Shown: positions 15,636-26,692, counted from the stretch's first letter. The stretch is DNA of 32,000 nucleotides from Prochlorococcus sp. MIT 0801 (GCF_000757865.1 NZ_CP007754.1:1620001-1652000), one strand, 5' to 3'. Translations and numbers: made by a program. Notes: generated from the letters alone by a model not told the origin.

Positions 15636-16858
15636 TTAAGTTTTACGATCCTTTGCATGGCTTTTTCGACATTTTCTCTGGTATTGAAGGCAGACAATCT
15701 AAAATAGCCCTCTCCCGCGGCCCCAAATCCACTCCCAGGTGTGCCAACAACATTTGCTTTTTCAAGTAAGAAATCGAAGAAATCCCATGAGCTCATATTT
15801 TTCGGTGTTTTTATCCATGCATAAGGGGCATTTATGGCCCCAAAAACTTCAAATCCTGCAGAAGTCAAATTTGCTTTAATTATTTCGGCATTATCCATAT
15901 AAAAACTTACTAATTTTCTGATTTGTTTTTTTCCCTCTTTTGAGTAAACAGCTTCAGCCCCTCTCTGGACAACATAGCTTACACCGTTAAATTTAGTGCT
16001 TTGTCGCCTATTCCATAAGGACCACAAATCAACTGTTTCTATACCTGCTTGACCTTTTAAAGACTTGGGAATAACTGTAAAGGCACATCTTGTTCCTGTG
16101 AAGCCTGCATTTTTTGAAAAAGAACGAAACTCAATTGCACAATCTCTAGATCCCTCAATTTCAAAAATCGAATGAGGAATCGATTCATCTTTAATGAAAG
16201 CCTCGTATGCAGCATCAAAAAGAATCAAAGAATTATTTTCTTTTGCATATTTCACCCAAGAAACCAACTGTTCTCTAGTTGCTACTGCACCAGTGGGATT
16301 ATTAGGAAAACAAAGATAAATCAAATCAAATTTTTCTTTTGGAATGGATGCCTCAAATCCATTCTCTGAATTAATTGGGATGTAACTTAAACCTTCATAT
16401 TCTCCTAGTGAATTGACTCCTCCAGTCCTACCGGTCATCACATTAGTGTCAACGTATACAGGATAAACAGGATCAGTTACGGCTATTTTATTTTCCTTGC
16501 CAAGAATATCTAAAATATTACTACTATCGCATTTAGAGCCATCTGAAACAAAGATTTCTTCCGCTGAAATCTCACAACCACGAGATATATAATCATTCTC
16601 AGAGATGATCTCGCGAAGCCATTGATACCCCTGCTCTGGACCATAGCCTCTAAAGCCATCTTCTGTTCCCATTTCCTCAATAGCCGCTTTCATTGCTTCA
16701 CGACAAGCCAAAGGTAGAGGTTCAGTAACATCACCGATTCCAAGGCGTATCAAATCAGCATTGGGATTCTTAGAACTAAATTCTTTAATTCTCCGAGAAA
16801 TTTCTGGAAAAAGATAGCCTGCTTTTAATTTCAGGTAATCAGCATTAACTTGTACCAC
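15632..16858 (-). CDS. dapL: LL-diaminopimelate aminotransferase
   Basis: The N-terminus [19 protein letters not shown] is typical of DapL. It is a class I/II aminotransferase with the [13 protein letters not shown]-Lys motif. The start is GTG. Confidence 0.92.
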   Translation of the reverse strand: MVQVNADYLKLKAGYLFPEISRRIKEFSSKNPNADLIRLGIGDVTEPLPLACREAMKAAIEEMGTEDGFRGYGPEQGYQWLREIISENDYISRGCEISAEEIFVSDGSKCDSSNILDILGKENKIAVTDPVYPVYVDTNVMTGRTGGVNSLGEYEGLSYIPINSENGFEASIPKEKFDLIYLCFPNNPTGAVATREQLVSWVKYAKENNSLILFDAAYEAFIKDESIPHSIFEIEGSRDCAIEFRSFSKNAGFTGTRCAFTVIPKSLKGQAGIETVDLWSLWNRRQSTKFNGVSYVVQRGAEAVYSKEGKKQIRKLVSFYMDNAEIIKANLTSAGFEVFGAINAPYAWIKTPKNMSSWDFFDFLLEKANVVGTPGSGFGAAGEGYFRLSAFNTRENVEKAMQRIVKLK

Positions 16859-17248
16859 TTAAAAAATCTTCAAGTTTTTTTTAAGGATAATCCCTTAAAC
16901 ACCGTTAAATCTGCAAACATTGCTGATTCCATAATTAAGAACTGATTCTTTGATAGGACCTCAAACTCAAAACAATTAACCAAAAGTGATTCTGTGTTAA
17001 TATGGATTGAGAACTAAGAAAAGGGTTTAAGCCCCTATGTTCTTAATTAACGTCATTTTTTCTTAAAGGGACACCTAGATTAAACGTTGGCAACCCCAGC
17101 GATTTCAACCGGATCATATTTAATTCCCATTCCGAACAGTATTCAAAAATCTCTTTAAGTTTGTTAGACGTTAAAAATTTCCAAAAGTTCTATTTGCAGT
17201 TTTTCTGCTAATCAATTTTTTCATAGCTTAAAAAGCTCAACATTGTAT

Positions 17249-19165
17249 ATGCCCCAGCAAATTGTCATTGCTGAGCATTTGCGAATTGCCGCTCTGCTCA
17301 CTGATGAGAGAATAGATGAATTAATCGTGGCTCAAGGTAGCTACCAAATCGGAGATATTTTCTTAGGAACCGTTGAAAATGTTCTTCCAGGGATAGACGC
17401 TGCTTTTGTCAATATTGGTGAAAGTGAAAAAAATGGATTTATTCATGTAAATGATTTAGGTCCGCTTAGATTAAAAAAAGCAACTGCAGGAATAACAGAA
17501 TTGCTCGAACCGAGGCAAAAGGTTTTGGTTCAGGTAATGAAAGAGCCCACTGGGTCAAAAGGACCTAGATTAACTGGGAACATAGCTCTTCCTGGTAGAT
17601 ATTTAGTACTTCAACCTTATGGACAAGGTGTAAATATTTCGAGAAGAATAAGCACTGAAAGTGAAAGAAATCGACTTAGAGCATTGGGAGTACTAGTTAA
17701 ACCTCCAAGTACTGGACTTTTAATAAGGACAGAAGCAGAAGATATTTCTGAGGAATTTTTAATTGATGATCTTGAAAATCTTCTTAAACAATGGGAGCTT
17801 ATTCAACAAGCATCAGAGAGTTGCACTCCGCCAATTCTTTTAAATAGAGATGAAGATTTTATTCATAGAATCCTTAGAGATCATACAGGTCAAAATATTA
17901 CTCAGATTGTTGTAGATAATACTGAAGCAATTGGTCGAGTCGAAAGCTTCCTTGGCAAGGATAGCAAAGAATTAACAATAGAATTACATAGCGATTCGGA
18001 AAATATATTGGAAAAATATAAAGTCATATCTTCAATTAATAATGCACTAAAACCCAGAGTAGATCTACCTTCTGGTGGATATATAATAATAGAGCCAACA
18101 GAGGCTTTGACAGTAATTGATGTCAACTCAGGCTCATTTACACGATCTGCAAATTCCAGGGAGACAGTATTATGGACTAATTGTGAAGCAGCTATTGAGA
18201 TAGCAAGACAATTAAAATTAAGGAATATTGGCGGGGTTATTATTATTGATTTTATTGATATGGATACAAAAAGAGATCAACTTCAATTATTAGAACATTT
18301 CACATCTGCTATTAATGGAGACTCGGCTCGGCCACAAATAGCTTCACTTACAGAACTTGGACTAGTTGAGCTAACTAGAAAACGACAAGGTCAAAATATA
18401 TATGAATTATTTGGAAAGACTTCTCCTAATTCTCAAGGGCAAAGTTATATTCCAAACATTACTATTCAGGACATAAATCCAAGCAGCCCATCTGAAATTG
18501 GCGTAATCAATTCAACTTTAATCTCGGGCGAAGATATACAAGCTTTAGAAGAAAATAATGTCAAAAAAAAGCGACTAAATAAAGTAATAGATATAGAAAC
18601 AAACTTAATCAATGAAGAACATAAATTATCTACAGACAACTCAAAACCTATCTCTATGGATACAATCACAGAAGATATTCCTAAAGAGAATAATAAAAGA
18701 AAAGAAACAACAATAATAAATGTAAAGATGAATCAGAACGAAGAGAATCTATACAGCCTAATGGGGTTAGATCCTATTTTACTCTTAGAGAAACCTCCAT
18801 TATCTGAAAACTATAAGGTTAATATAATCAGGCCCGGGGAAGAGGAATCAAGAGAAGAAAAAAATCAAATACCTGAGGATAATCAACAAAAAATCGTTAA
18901 TAATCCGATTGGCAACCATCAAAATAATAATAAGGATATTATTCGTCTCAAAAACAAAAATAATATTGAACAAAAATCAACAAATTCTGACGAAAAAGAG
19001 AGTATTCAAGAAGAAAATATCAATGTAGATATAGGTCAAGAAACGAATGAATTAATAAATATTAATTATAATTCATTAAGCGAAAAGGATGAATCAACTT
19101 CAACCGAGTCAAAAGAAGTTAGTGAGGATCCAAGACGAAAAAGAAGAAGGTCTTCCGCCTCTTAA
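17249..19165 (+). CDS. rne: Ribonuclease E (cyanobacterial type)
   Basis: It has an S1 domain and an RNase E/G catalytic core ([42 protein letters not shown]). The C-terminal half is long and N/K/E-rich, of low complexity. It ends with an Arg-rich RRKRRRSSA-type motif, like the cyanobacterial PNPase-binding nonapeptide. The first ATG is 17249; 17243 is TTG. rnhB follows after 2 nt. Confidence 0.95.
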   Translation: MPQQIVIAEHLRIAALLTDERIDELIVAQGSYQIGDIFLGTVENVLPGIDAAFVNIGESEKNGFIHVNDLGPLRLKKATAGITELLEPRQKVLVQVMKEPTGSKGPRLTGNIALPGRYLVLQPYGQGVNISRRISTESERNRLRALGVLVKPPSTGLLIRTEAEDISEEFLIDDLENLLKQWELIQQASESCTPPILLNRDEDFIHRILRDHTGQNITQIVVDNTEAIGRVESFLGKDSKELTIELHSDSENILEKYKVISSINNALKPRVDLPSGGYIIIEPTEALTVIDVNSGSFTRSANSRETVLWTNCEAAIEIARQLKLRNIGGVIIIDFIDMDTKRDQLQLLEHFTSAINGDSARPQIASLTELGLVELTRKRQGQNIYELFGKTSPNSQGQSYIPNITIQDINPSSPSEIGVINSTLISGEDIQALEENNVKKKRLNKVIDIETNLINEEHKLSTDNSKPISMDTITEDIPKENNKRKETTIINVKMNQNEENLYSLMGLDPILLLEKPPLSENYKVNIIRPGEEESREEKNQIPEDNQQKIVNNPIGNHQNNNKDIIRLKNKNNIEQKSTNSDEKESIQEENINVDIGQETNELININYNSLSEKDESTSTESKEVSEDPRRKRRRSSAS

Positions 19166-19167
19166 AT

Positions 19168-19755
19168 ATGCGAGACAAAAAATCTCTTATCGCTGGAGTT
19201 GATGAAGTAGGGAAAGGTTGTTTATTTGGCCCTGTTTTCGCGGCAGCAGTTATTTTAAGCCAAGAGAATGAAACAAAGCTCTTAAATCAAGGTTTGAAAG
19301 ACAGTAAAAAATTAAGCCATCGACAAAGACATAACTTAGTACCTCTGATAAAAACAAACTCAATAGCTTGGACCATTGGCCAAGCTTCAGCAAGAGAAAT
19401 AGACGATATCGGCATCCGAAATGCTACTGAGAAAGCAATGCTAAGAGCATTAGAAAAATTTGCATCTCCACCAGACTTAATTCTTGTAGACGGAATTTTA
19501 CCCATTCGCTTGTGGCCAGGGAAACAAAAGACACAAGTTCGAGGTGAGAGTTATTTCGCTTCAATTGCTGCTGCAAGTGTACTCGCAAAAGAAGCCAGGG
19601 ATGAATTGATTAAACGACTAGCTCGCAAATACAATTCCTATGGACTAGAAAAAAACAAGGGGTATGGAACTGAGATCCATAGAACAAACTTAATCAAAGC
19701 AGGTGCAACAAAACTCCACCGAAAAAGTTTTATCTCACGATTGGAAATAGGTTGA
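19168..19755 (+). CDS. rnhB: Ribonuclease HII
   Basis: The active-site motif [14 protein letters not shown] and the later [10 protein letters not shown] are characteristic of RNase HII. The conserved cyanobacterial rne-rnhB arrangement supports the call. Confidence 0.93.
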   Translation: MRDKKSLIAGVDEVGKGCLFGPVFAAAVILSQENETKLLNQGLKDSKKLSHRQRHNLVPLIKTNSIAWTIGQASAREIDDIGIRNATEKAMLRALEKFASPPDLILVDGILPIRLWPGKQKTQVRGESYFASIAAASVLAKEARDELIKRLARKYNSYGLEKNKGYGTEIHRTNLIKAGATKLHRKSFISRLEIG

Positions 19756-19769
19756 TATTTATTTTTTAA

Positions 19770-20282
19770 CTAATTTTCTTTACACCAATTATTAAAATCA
19801 ACAATTAACTGCTTCTGTACCCTTGCCTTAATTCCTAACAAAATACCATTTAATATTGATTGCCCAGTTGACTCAAGCATTTTGGGAGGAATTAATCTTA
19901 ATAGCTGAGGCTGACTGACTGTTACACCCAAAAGAGCTTCGCCTTCAAGACCTGATGGTTTTGCCTCCAAAACTGCATCTAAGTTCAAATCAAAATCATC
20001 AACTAATCCCAAACCATCTAAGTGGCTATCGGTTACATACATTCTAATTTTTTTCTCAGAATTTTCCACACCTATTGATACGACTGGATTTATCTGAAGT
20101 TGAAAAACCTTAAAACTTGTGACTTCGTATTTAAAGCTTCCTGGCCCCAAAGGAGTCAATTTTTTAGGATCTAGCATTGCCCCTACAACTCTTTCCTGTT
20201 GTAAGAGATAATCAGGTAGTTTCTCCTGATTATCTTGAACAACTAGATCAATTTTTTGTCGTGCTGTAAAGGCAAGAGCCAT
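19770..20282 (-). CDS. Conserved cyanobacterial protein (DUF1997-like)
   Basis: A soluble protein of about 170 aa. The assignment to DUF1997 is from memory and only moderate. The likely start is MALAFTARQ at 20282; the track extension to 20345 would overlap the pheA start. Confidence 0.55.
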   Translation of the reverse strand: MALAFTARQKIDLVVQDNQEKLPDYLLQQERVVGAMLDPKKLTPLGPGSFKYEVTSFKVFQLQINPVVSIGVENSEKKIRMYVTDSHLDGLGLVDDFDLNLDAVLEAKPSGLEGEALLGVTVSQPQLLRLIPPKMLESTGQSILNGILLGIKARVQKQLIVDFNNWCKEN

Positions 20283-20338
20283 TATCAAAAACTTGCTCAG
20301 TTTGATCTTATCGGTTTTTACCCCTTTTTTTTTATCTA

Positions 20339-21169
20339 ATGTCAACTCGAGTGGCCTACTTAGGGCCTAAAGGAACATACGCTGAGAAGGCTGCTAAAGC
20401 TCTAGCAGAGCTTGAGCAACTTGACTCTCCAGAGTTCTCGCCATGTAAAGGTTTAAGGTCTGTGGTGGATAATCTTGCAAACAATCTTTGTGAAGCCGCC
20501 GTTGTACCAATTGAAAATTCAGTAGAAGGTGGGGTCACCACAACATTGGATTCTTTATGGAGACATGAAAATTTATTTATTCATAGAGCCTTAGTACTCC
20601 CTATCAAACACTCATTATTGAGTAGCGGATCAATATCAAAGATTTCAGAGGTCCTTTCCCATCCTCAGGCCATAGCTCAATGCAGCCAGTGGTTAAACGA
20701 CAATATTCCAAATGCAGTTCATTTACCAACTAATTCAACGGCAGAAGCGATAAGGATGGTAAGAGGCAGCTCATTTAGAGCAGCGATAGGATCCAAAGAT
20801 GCAAGTGAGGAAATGAATATTCTGGCTTATCCTATTAATGATATTGAAGGTAATTGCACTAGATTTGTTCTTCTCAGTAAGAATGACATTAAATTAGATG
20901 GAAATAGGGCAAGTATAGCTTTTTCTCTTAAGTCAAATAGTCCAGGTGCATTACTTAAAGCATTGAATTGCATAGCAAATCTTGGCCTTAATATGAGTAG
21001 AATTGAATCACGTCCGTCTAAAAGAGAACTTGGCGAATATGTCTTTTTCATAGATCTTGATCTAAACAATAACAATAAAAAAGACTTTGAAAACATTACA
21101 AAAGAGTTATCTCCTCTTTGCAATCAAATAATTAATTTTGGATGTTATTTCGGATCAGAAGTTGAGTAA
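20339..21169 (+). CDS. pheA: Prephenate dehydratase
   Basis: The N-terminus VAYLGPKGTYAE is followed by a PDT domain and a C-terminal ACT domain with the ESRP motif (NMSRIESRPSK). Confidence 0.92.
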   Translation: MSTRVAYLGPKGTYAEKAAKALAELEQLDSPEFSPCKGLRSVVDNLANNLCEAAVVPIENSVEGGVTTTLDSLWRHENLFIHRALVLPIKHSLLSSGSISKISEVLSHPQAIAQCSQWLNDNIPNAVHLPTNSTAEAIRMVRGSSFRAAIGSKDASEEMNILAYPINDIEGNCTRFVLLSKNDIKLDGNRASIAFSLKSNSPGALLKALNCIANLGLNMSRIESRPSKRELGEYVFFIDLDLNNNNKKDFENITKELSPLCNQIINFGCYFGSEVE

Positions 21170-21170
21170 A

Positions 21171-22103
21171 TTATCCTCTTGATTTGAATACTCCAAATTT
21201 CATCAAACCTCTTGAAAAAGCCCATCGCATCATTAATATTGTTGGGATCTCTCTAAATGCCTTTAGGGAAGAGCTAAGGCCTAATTTCAAAATAGATAAA
21301 GGTCTTCTAAAGCCTTCATATATAGATTCATTCCAAGACTGAATTGTGTATTTTGTCCAATTTGAAGACTCTACAGGGCTTCCACAAAAAGGGCTGTTTA
21401 ACAAGTTGTTTTTAAATCCTTCAATACTTGAAAATTCAGGATGGGTCCATTGGATTAGTAATTGATTCATAATAAACTTTTCAAAAAAGTTTAAGGGATG
21501 GTTAATTGAATCTCTTTGATTCCAATCTGCAACAGCCAAAACTCCACCAGGTCTAAGAACTCTAAGCATTTCATCTGCAAAAGTTTGTTTATCTAAGATA
21601 TGAGGACCAGCTTCAACACTCCAAACCCCATCAAAGCTACCTTTCTCAAACTTTAAGTCAAGTGCATTCATTACTTCAAAACGACAAAAATCTTTATTAG
21701 TTGTTAATTCATTCGCTCTTTTGACTTGTTCTTGACTTATAGAAATACCAATGACATCAAATCCATAATAATCAGATAATATTCTTGAACTTCCGCCTAT
21801 CCCACAACCTACGTCCAAAACCCTTGAGCCTTTTGGTAATTGATTTAAACCACTCCAGCTAACTAATTCATGAACAAAATCAACCTTTGCTTTCCTAAAG
21901 TCTTTTTTTATTCTTGGTTTTTCGTAAAAACCAAGATGAATGTGTTCTCCCCATAGATTTTCTAATAAACGATCATTAGTCCATGAATCATATGAAGATG
22001 CAACGCTATTAACAGACTCATATTTACGACTTTTCCTAAGCCACTGGTTAGTTAAAGTGAAAAGACAGAAAGCACTAAATATAAAAATTAATATCCATTG
22101 CAT
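21171..22103 (-). CDS. SAM-dependent methyltransferase, probably MPBQ/MSBQ (tocopherol/plastoquinone) methyltransferase of the Sll0418 type
   Basis: The SAM motif VLDVGCGIGGSS is present. An N-terminal TM segment is followed by SVASSYDSWT...LWGEHIHLGFY and WSVEAGPH...VADWNQRD. These closely resemble my recollection of Synechocystis Sll0418. The methyltransferase fold is certain; the substrate assignment is moderate. Confidence 0.7.
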   Translation of the reverse strand: MQWILIFIFSAFCLFTLTNQWLRKSRKYESVNSVASSYDSWTNDRLLENLWGEHIHLGFYEKPRIKKDFRKAKVDFVHELVSWSGLNQLPKGSRVLDVGCGIGGSSRILSDYYGFDVIGISISQEQVKRANELTTNKDFCRFEVMNALDLKFEKGSFDGVWSVEAGPHILDKQTFADEMLRVLRPGGVLAVADWNQRDSINHPLNFFEKFIMNQLLIQWTHPEFSSIEGFKNNLLNSPFCGSPVESSNWTKYTIQSWNESIYEGFRRPLSILKLGLSSSLKAFREIPTILMMRWAFSRGLMKFGVFKSRG

Positions 22104-22105
22104 AA

Positions 22106-22768
22106 TTAATTGTTGGCTTGATCAGCGTTTGAGAAAGTATCTTTTAGAGCAGTTCTGGCAGCTAGTTGCCTTCTTGTATGATCCAGGAGTTCATATTCTC
22201 TTTCCAATCGGTGAAAAGTATTTGTTAATTCTAATAAGTCCTGCTGTTCGCTTGCTACTGGGCCACCAAGATGAGCAGCTATCCAAAAAGACAATTCTCT
22301 AGGAATCTCAGGCAAAGAATCAGGAAGTTCCTTCTCAGTTTCAGTTAATTTTGAAGTGAGTGCAACTACATCCTTTAGAGCAATTGAGACTGAGTCCTTT
22401 AATTCCAATAGTTTGGTTTGGTCTGTGATTTGTTCATCATCGACCCAACTTACTAGTGCATTAATAAAAGGATTTTCACTAATAATTTCAAGAATTCGAA
22501 ATCTTTGCTGTCCAATCGTCACAATATTACTTCTACCATCTTGTGATGTTTGATGCTTAATGATCTCGGCGCAACAACCAACATTTGCCATTTTTTTTGC
22601 AATTGGATCCCATCTAACAACTCCAAAACGGCTATCCGATTTCAAAGCAGATTGAAGCATCACTCTGTAACGAGTCTCAAAAATATGAAGTGGCAAGTAC
22701 TCCTGAGGAAAAAGCACAACCTCAGGCAATGGGAAAAGTGGTAGCTCCCTAACTGAAAGTTCGCTCAA
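22106..22768 (-). CDS. Stand-alone Lon N-terminal (LON substrate-binding) domain protein
   Basis: LPLFPLPEVVLFPQEYLPLHIFETRYRVM is the hallmark start of the Lon N-domain. The protein is 220 aa with no AAA or protease domains. The start is TTG, with no nearby ATG. Confidence 0.85.
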   Translation of the reverse strand: MSELSVRELPLFPLPEVVLFPQEYLPLHIFETRYRVMLQSALKSDSRFGVVRWDPIAKKMANVGCCAEIIKHQTSQDGRSNIVTIGQQRFRILEIISENPFINALVSWVDDEQITDQTKLLELKDSVSIALKDVVALTSKLTETEKELPDSLPEIPRELSFWIAAHLGGPVASEQQDLLELTNTFHRLEREYELLDHTRRQLAARTALKDTFSNADQANN

Positions 22769-22828
22769 ATGGATAAACCTAATTAAAGATATCCTAGATA
22801 ATCAATCTCTGGTTTGAGAGAAAAAGAT

Positions 22829-23149
22829 CTAGAGCTTAACTTCAATATCAACTCCGCTAGGAAGATCTAACTTCATTAGAGCGTCTATAGTCTTTGCGGA
22901 AGGGCTGTAAATATCAATAATTCTTCTATGTGTTCTTGTTTCAAAATGCTCTCTTGAATCTTTATCAACATGAGGTGAACGAAGCACACAATAAATTTTT
23001 CTTTTTGTAGGAAGAGGAATGGGACCTATTGCAGAAGCAGCTGTTGTGTCTGCAGTCTCAATGATTTTATCGCAAGATAAATCAAGCATTCTTCTATCAA
23101 AAGCCTTTAGACGAATACGTATTTTTTGCTGTGCAATTGCATTTGACAT
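22829..23149 (-). CDS. rpsJ: 30S ribosomal protein S10
   Basis: Canonical S10: [10 protein letters not shown]...[25 protein letters not shown]. Confidence 0.97.
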   Translation of the reverse strand: MSNAIAQQKIRIRLKAFDRRMLDLSCDKIIETADTTAASAIGPIPLPTKRKIYCVLRSPHVDKDSREHFETRTHRRIIDIYSPSAKTIDALMKLDLPSGVDIEVKL

Positions 23150-23224
23150 AATGGGATTAGCAAAAGCTAGTTAAGTTTTCGAGGTTCTTTTAAAAATGAA
23201 CAAATTAGTTCATTCGTTTAATTA

Positions 23225-23267
23225 ATTTAGAGGATGACTTGAATAAATTACAAGTCATCCTCTAAAT
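23225..23267 (-). terminator. 17-bp perfect hairpin immediately after tuf (attenuator / 3'-end stabiliser between tuf and rpsJ)
   Basis: ATTTAGAGGATGACTTG-aataaatta-CAAGTCATCCTCTAAAT; I checked the arms by reverse complement. It starts 2 nt after the tuf stop. On the minus strand the following tract is uuaauuaaa, only weakly U-rich. Confidence 0.6.
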
Positions 23268-23269
23268 GT

Positions 23270-24469
23270 TTATTCAATAATTTTAGAAACTACTCCTGCT
23301 CCAATAGTACGACCACCTTCGCGAATCGCGAATCTCATACCTTGTTCTATCGCAACAGGAGATATCAATTCTCCTGTCATCTTTATTCTGTCCCCAGGCA
23401 TGACCATTTCAACATTACTACCATCATCAGATGTGAATGCAGTAATTTGACCTGTTACATCCGTAGTACGAATATAAAACTGAGGACGATAACCAGCAAA
23501 GAAAGGAGTATGGCGGCCACCCTCTTCTTTCTTCAATACATAGACCTCACCCTCGAATTTGGTATGAGGCGTGATGGATCCTTTTTTAACAAGAACCATT
23601 CCTCTTTCAATATCTTCCTTCTGAATACCCCGTAAAAGAAGTCCAACGTTGTCACCAGCCATACCTTCATCAAGAAGTTTTCTAAACATCTCGACACCGG
23701 TAACGGTGGTTACTCTTGTATCTCTAATTCCTACAATTTCAACCTCCTCTCCGACTGTTACTTTTCCTCTTTCAATTCGTCCAGTAGCCACTGTTCCACG
23801 GCCAGTAATGGAGAAAACGTCTTCAACAGCCATTAAGAAAGGCTTATCAATTTCACGTTCTGGTTCTGGAATTGATGCATCAACAGCTGTCATCAAATCA
23901 TCTATTTTTGTCTCCCAATCTGCTTCTCCTTCGATAGCTTTTAATCCCGAAACTTGAACGACAGGGATGTCATCGCCAGGGAAGTCATAACTTGTAAGAA
24001 GTTCACGGATCTCCATTTCTACAAGTTCTATCATTTCTTCATCATCGACCATGTCACATTTGTTTAGTGCAACAACCAATGCAGGTACTCCAACTTGCTT
24101 CGCCAAAAGAATATGTTCTTTTGTTTGTGCCATTGCTCCATCGGTAGCAGCTACAACAAGAATCGCACCGTCCATCTGAGCAGCACCTGTGATCATGTTT
24201 TTCACATAATCAGCGTGACCTGGGCAATCAACGTGAGCGTAATGCCTGCCATCAGTTTCATATTCAACGTGAGCAGTGTTGATTGTTATGCCGCGTTCAC
24301 GCTCTTCTGGAGCTCCATCAATTTCAGCGTAATCTTGCGCTTCGGCTTGACCTTTCTTGGCTAAAACCTTCGTAATTGCTGCTGTAAGAGTTGTTTTGCC
24401 ATGGTCAACGTGGCCAATAGTACCTATGTTGACGTGAGGTTTGTTCCTCTCAAACTTCTCGCGAGCCAT
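23270..24469 (-). CDS. tuf: Elongation factor Tu
   Basis: Canonical EF-Tu with [14 protein letters not shown] and NKCD. Confidence 0.99.
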   Translation of the reverse strand: MAREKFERNKPHVNIGTIGHVDHGKTTLTAAITKVLAKKGQAEAQDYAEIDGAPEERERGITINTAHVEYETDGRHYAHVDCPGHADYVKNMITGAAQMDGAILVVAATDGAMAQTKEHILLAKQVGVPALVVALNKCDMVDDEEMIELVEMEIRELLTSYDFPGDDIPVVQVSGLKAIEGEADWETKIDDLMTAVDASIPEPEREIDKPFLMAVEDVFSITGRGTVATGRIERGKVTVGEEVEIVGIRDTRVTTVTGVEMFRKLLDEGMAGDNVGLLLRGIQKEDIERGMVLVKKGSITPHTKFEGEVYVLKKEEGGRHTPFFAGYRPQFYIRTTDVTGQITAFTSDDGSNVEMVMPGDRIKMTGELISPVAIEQGMRFAIREGGRTIGAGVVSKIIE

Positions 24470-24511
24470 TTTTTTTAAAGAATCGGGGGGTGGTTAGTAA
24501 GTTTTTAGAGA

Positions 24512-26587
24512 TCAGGAATTGCCCTGATTCTTGGAGATAATTGCCTCAGCAACATTACGAGGAACTTCCTCGTAGGTACTGAACTCCATTGAGAAAATAC
24601 CCCGACCTTGAGTCATTGATCGGAGTTGAGTGGCATAGCCAAACATTTCAGCTAATGGCACTTTTGACTGGACTTTGGATTGTCCATCTTCGATGGATTG
24701 ACCTTCAACCTGACCTCGTCTAGAGGACAGATCTCCAATTATAGATCCTAGGAAGTCCTCAGGCACTTCTACCTCAACTTTCATCATAGGTTCTAGAAGG
24801 ACAGGATTGCACTTCTTGATTCCATCTTTGAAAGCCATTGAGCCTGCAATTTTGAAAGCCATCTCTGATGAGTCAACATCATGATAAGAGCCATCAACCA
24901 ATGTAACTTTTACATCAATTAAAGGATAGCCAGCAATTACACCAGACTCACATGTTTCTTTCATTCCTGATTCAGCAGGCTTTATATATTCTTTTGGAAC
25001 AGAGCCGCCGACGATTTTATTTACAAACTCAAAACCAGTGCCTGGTTCACCTGGCTCAACTTCAATGACAACATGACCGTACTGACCTTTACCTCCTGTT
25101 TGTCTTGCAAACTTACCTTCACCTGAAGAGCTAGCTCTGATCGTTTCTCTGTAAGAAACTTGAGGTGCTCCAATATTTGCCTCTACCTTAAATTCTCTCA
25201 ACATACGATCAACCAGAATCTCTAGGTGCAATTCACCCATACCTGCGATTACGGTTTGATTTGTCTCTTGATCAGTACTTACTCTGAATGTTGGATCCTC
25301 CTCAGAAAGAGATGTCAGCGCTTTCCCTAGCTTTTCCATATCACTTTTTGTCTTGGGTTCTACCGCGACTGAAATAACTGGCTCAGGGATGTATAGGGTT
25401 TCAAGAACAATTGCATCTTCTGAAGCGCATAAGGTATCTCCAGTTGTCGTGTTTTTGAGGCCAAGAACGGCACCAAGATCACCAGCTCTTAATTCATCAA
25501 CTTCCTCTCGGTCATCAGCTTTCAAGATTATCAACCTAGAGATTCTCTCTTTTTCATCCTTAGTTGAGTTCAGAACATAACTTCCTTTTTGAAGTACTCC
25601 CGAATACATCCGAACAAAGGTCAATTTGCCGTATGGATCTGCCATTACTTTGAATGCAAGAGCGCTAAAGGGAGCACCATCATCGGAAGGTCTAGCAGCC
25701 TCTTTCCCGTTAGGAAGCAAACCTTGAATGGGAGGTACATCAACTGGAGCAGGGAGATAATTAACTACTGCATCTAGTAGTAACTGAACTCCTTTATTTT
25801 TAAAAGCTGAGCCGCATAACATCGGAACCAAACCATGTTTAAGGACTCCTTCCCTAATACCAGATTTAAGTTGTTCTAATGTCAACTCTCCATTTTCTAA
25901 AAACGCTTCCAATAATTCCTCCTCAGTTTCTGCTATTGACTCCATTAATTTTGATCGCCAATCAGATACCAAATCAACCATGTCTGATGGGACATCAGTT
26001 TGTTCGATATCTTTTCCAAGATCATCTTTGTAGATATAAGCTTTATTTTCCACAAGATCAATAATCCCCTTCAAGTCATTTTCAGCACCAATAGGTAACT
26101 GAATTGGAACTGCATTAGCTTTTAATCTGTCTTTTATTTGACCATGGACTTTTAGGAAATCTGCTCCAGTTCTATCCATTTTATTAACAAATACCATTCG
26201 CGGCACTGAATACCTATCAGCTTGGCGCCAAACTGTTTCAGATTGAGGCTGTACGCCACCAACCGCGCAGAAGACAGCAATCACTCCATCAAGAACCCTC
26301 ATAGAGCGCTCAACTTCAATGGTGAAGTCAACGTGCCCAGGAGTATCGATAATGTTGATACGATGATCGTCCCATGTAGTTGAGATAGCCGCGGCGGTAA
26401 TCGTTATTCCTCTTTCTCTTTCTTGGGCCATCCAATCAGTGACAGCCGCACCATCATGAACCTCTCCCATCTTGTGAACAACACCTGAATAGAAAAGAAT
26501 TCTTTCAGTACAAGTTGTTTTACCAGCATCAATATGTGCAGCAATTCCGATATTTCTTACTCGTTCCAAAGGAAAGGCGCGTGCCAC
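24512..26587 (-). CDS. fusA: Elongation factor G
   Basis: Canonical EF-G with [17 protein letters not shown] and NKMD. The start is GTG, giving (M)[13 protein letters not shown]. Confidence 0.99.
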   Translation of the reverse strand: MARAFPLERVRNIGIAAHIDAGKTTCTERILFYSGVVHKMGEVHDGAAVTDWMAQERERGITITAAAISTTWDDHRINIIDTPGHVDFTIEVERSMRVLDGVIAVFCAVGGVQPQSETVWRQADRYSVPRMVFVNKMDRTGADFLKVHGQIKDRLKANAVPIQLPIGAENDLKGIIDLVENKAYIYKDDLGKDIEQTDVPSDMVDLVSDWRSKLMESIAETEEELLEAFLENGELTLEQLKSGIREGVLKHGLVPMLCGSAFKNKGVQLLLDAVVNYLPAPVDVPPIQGLLPNGKEAARPSDDGAPFSALAFKVMADPYGKLTFVRMYSGVLQKGSYVLNSTKDEKERISRLIILKADDREEVDELRAGDLGAVLGLKNTTTGDTLCASEDAIVLETLYIPEPVISVAVEPKTKSDMEKLGKALTSLSEEDPTFRVSTDQETNQTVIAGMGELHLEILVDRMLREFKVEANIGAPQVSYRETIRASSSGEGKFARQTGGKGQYGHVVIEVEPGEPGTGFEFVNKIVGGSVPKEYIKPAESGMKETCESGVIAGYPLIDVKVTLVDGSYHDVDSSEMAFKIAGSMAFKDGIKKCNPVLLEPMMKVEVEVPEDFLGSIIGDLSSRRGQVEGQSIEDGQSKVQSKVPLAEMFGYATQLRSMTQGRGIFSMEFSTYEEVPRNVAEAIISKNQGNS

Positions 26588-26692
26588 AGAAAATACTCCG
26601 ACTAAAGGACTTTAAAATGAGCATGGACTCTACAACTCAGCATGCTCAAAAAGGAATATTTTGAGGATTTAAATAGAAAAATTTGACCTAAA

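Noticed and set aside
16172-16369. 65-aa plus-strand ORF inside dapL
   Set aside because: It is antisense to dapL. It is a shadow ORF.
17126-17137. cccattccgaac, reminiscent of the conserved 5S rRNA loop sequence
   Set aside because: The flanks cannot form the 5S helices, no 23S or 16S genes are nearby, and the similarity is limited to 12 nt.
17139-17150. 12-nt identity (gtattcaaaaat) with the NtcA box at 8847-8858
   Set aside because: Here it continues ...ct instead of ...ac, so the right half-site TAC is missing and there is no NtcA box. The match is a short AT-rich word noticed post hoc.
17902-18669. Minus-strand ORFs 17902..18126 and 18466..18669
   Set aside because: They are antisense within rne. 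They are shadow ORFs.
19287-19505. 72-aa minus-strand ORF inside rnhB
   Set aside because: It is antisense to rnhB. It is a shadow ORF.
20356-22744. ORFs 20356..20541(-), 20827..21123(-), 21940..22302(+), 22356..22553(+), 22550..22744(+)
   Set aside because: They are antisense to pheA, the methyltransferase or the Lon-N-domain gene, and one spans a gene junction. They show no motifs.
23342-26064. Six plus-strand ORFs antisense to tuf and fusA
   Set aside because: These are classic long shadow ORFs opposite highly codon-biased translation-factor genes.
26618-26648. 8-bp stem (TGAGCATG / CATGCTCA) with a 15-nt loop between rpsG and fusA
   Set aside because: The stem is short, the loop is large, and there is no U-tract. 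It is too weak to call as a feature, although it could be a minor intercistronic structure.
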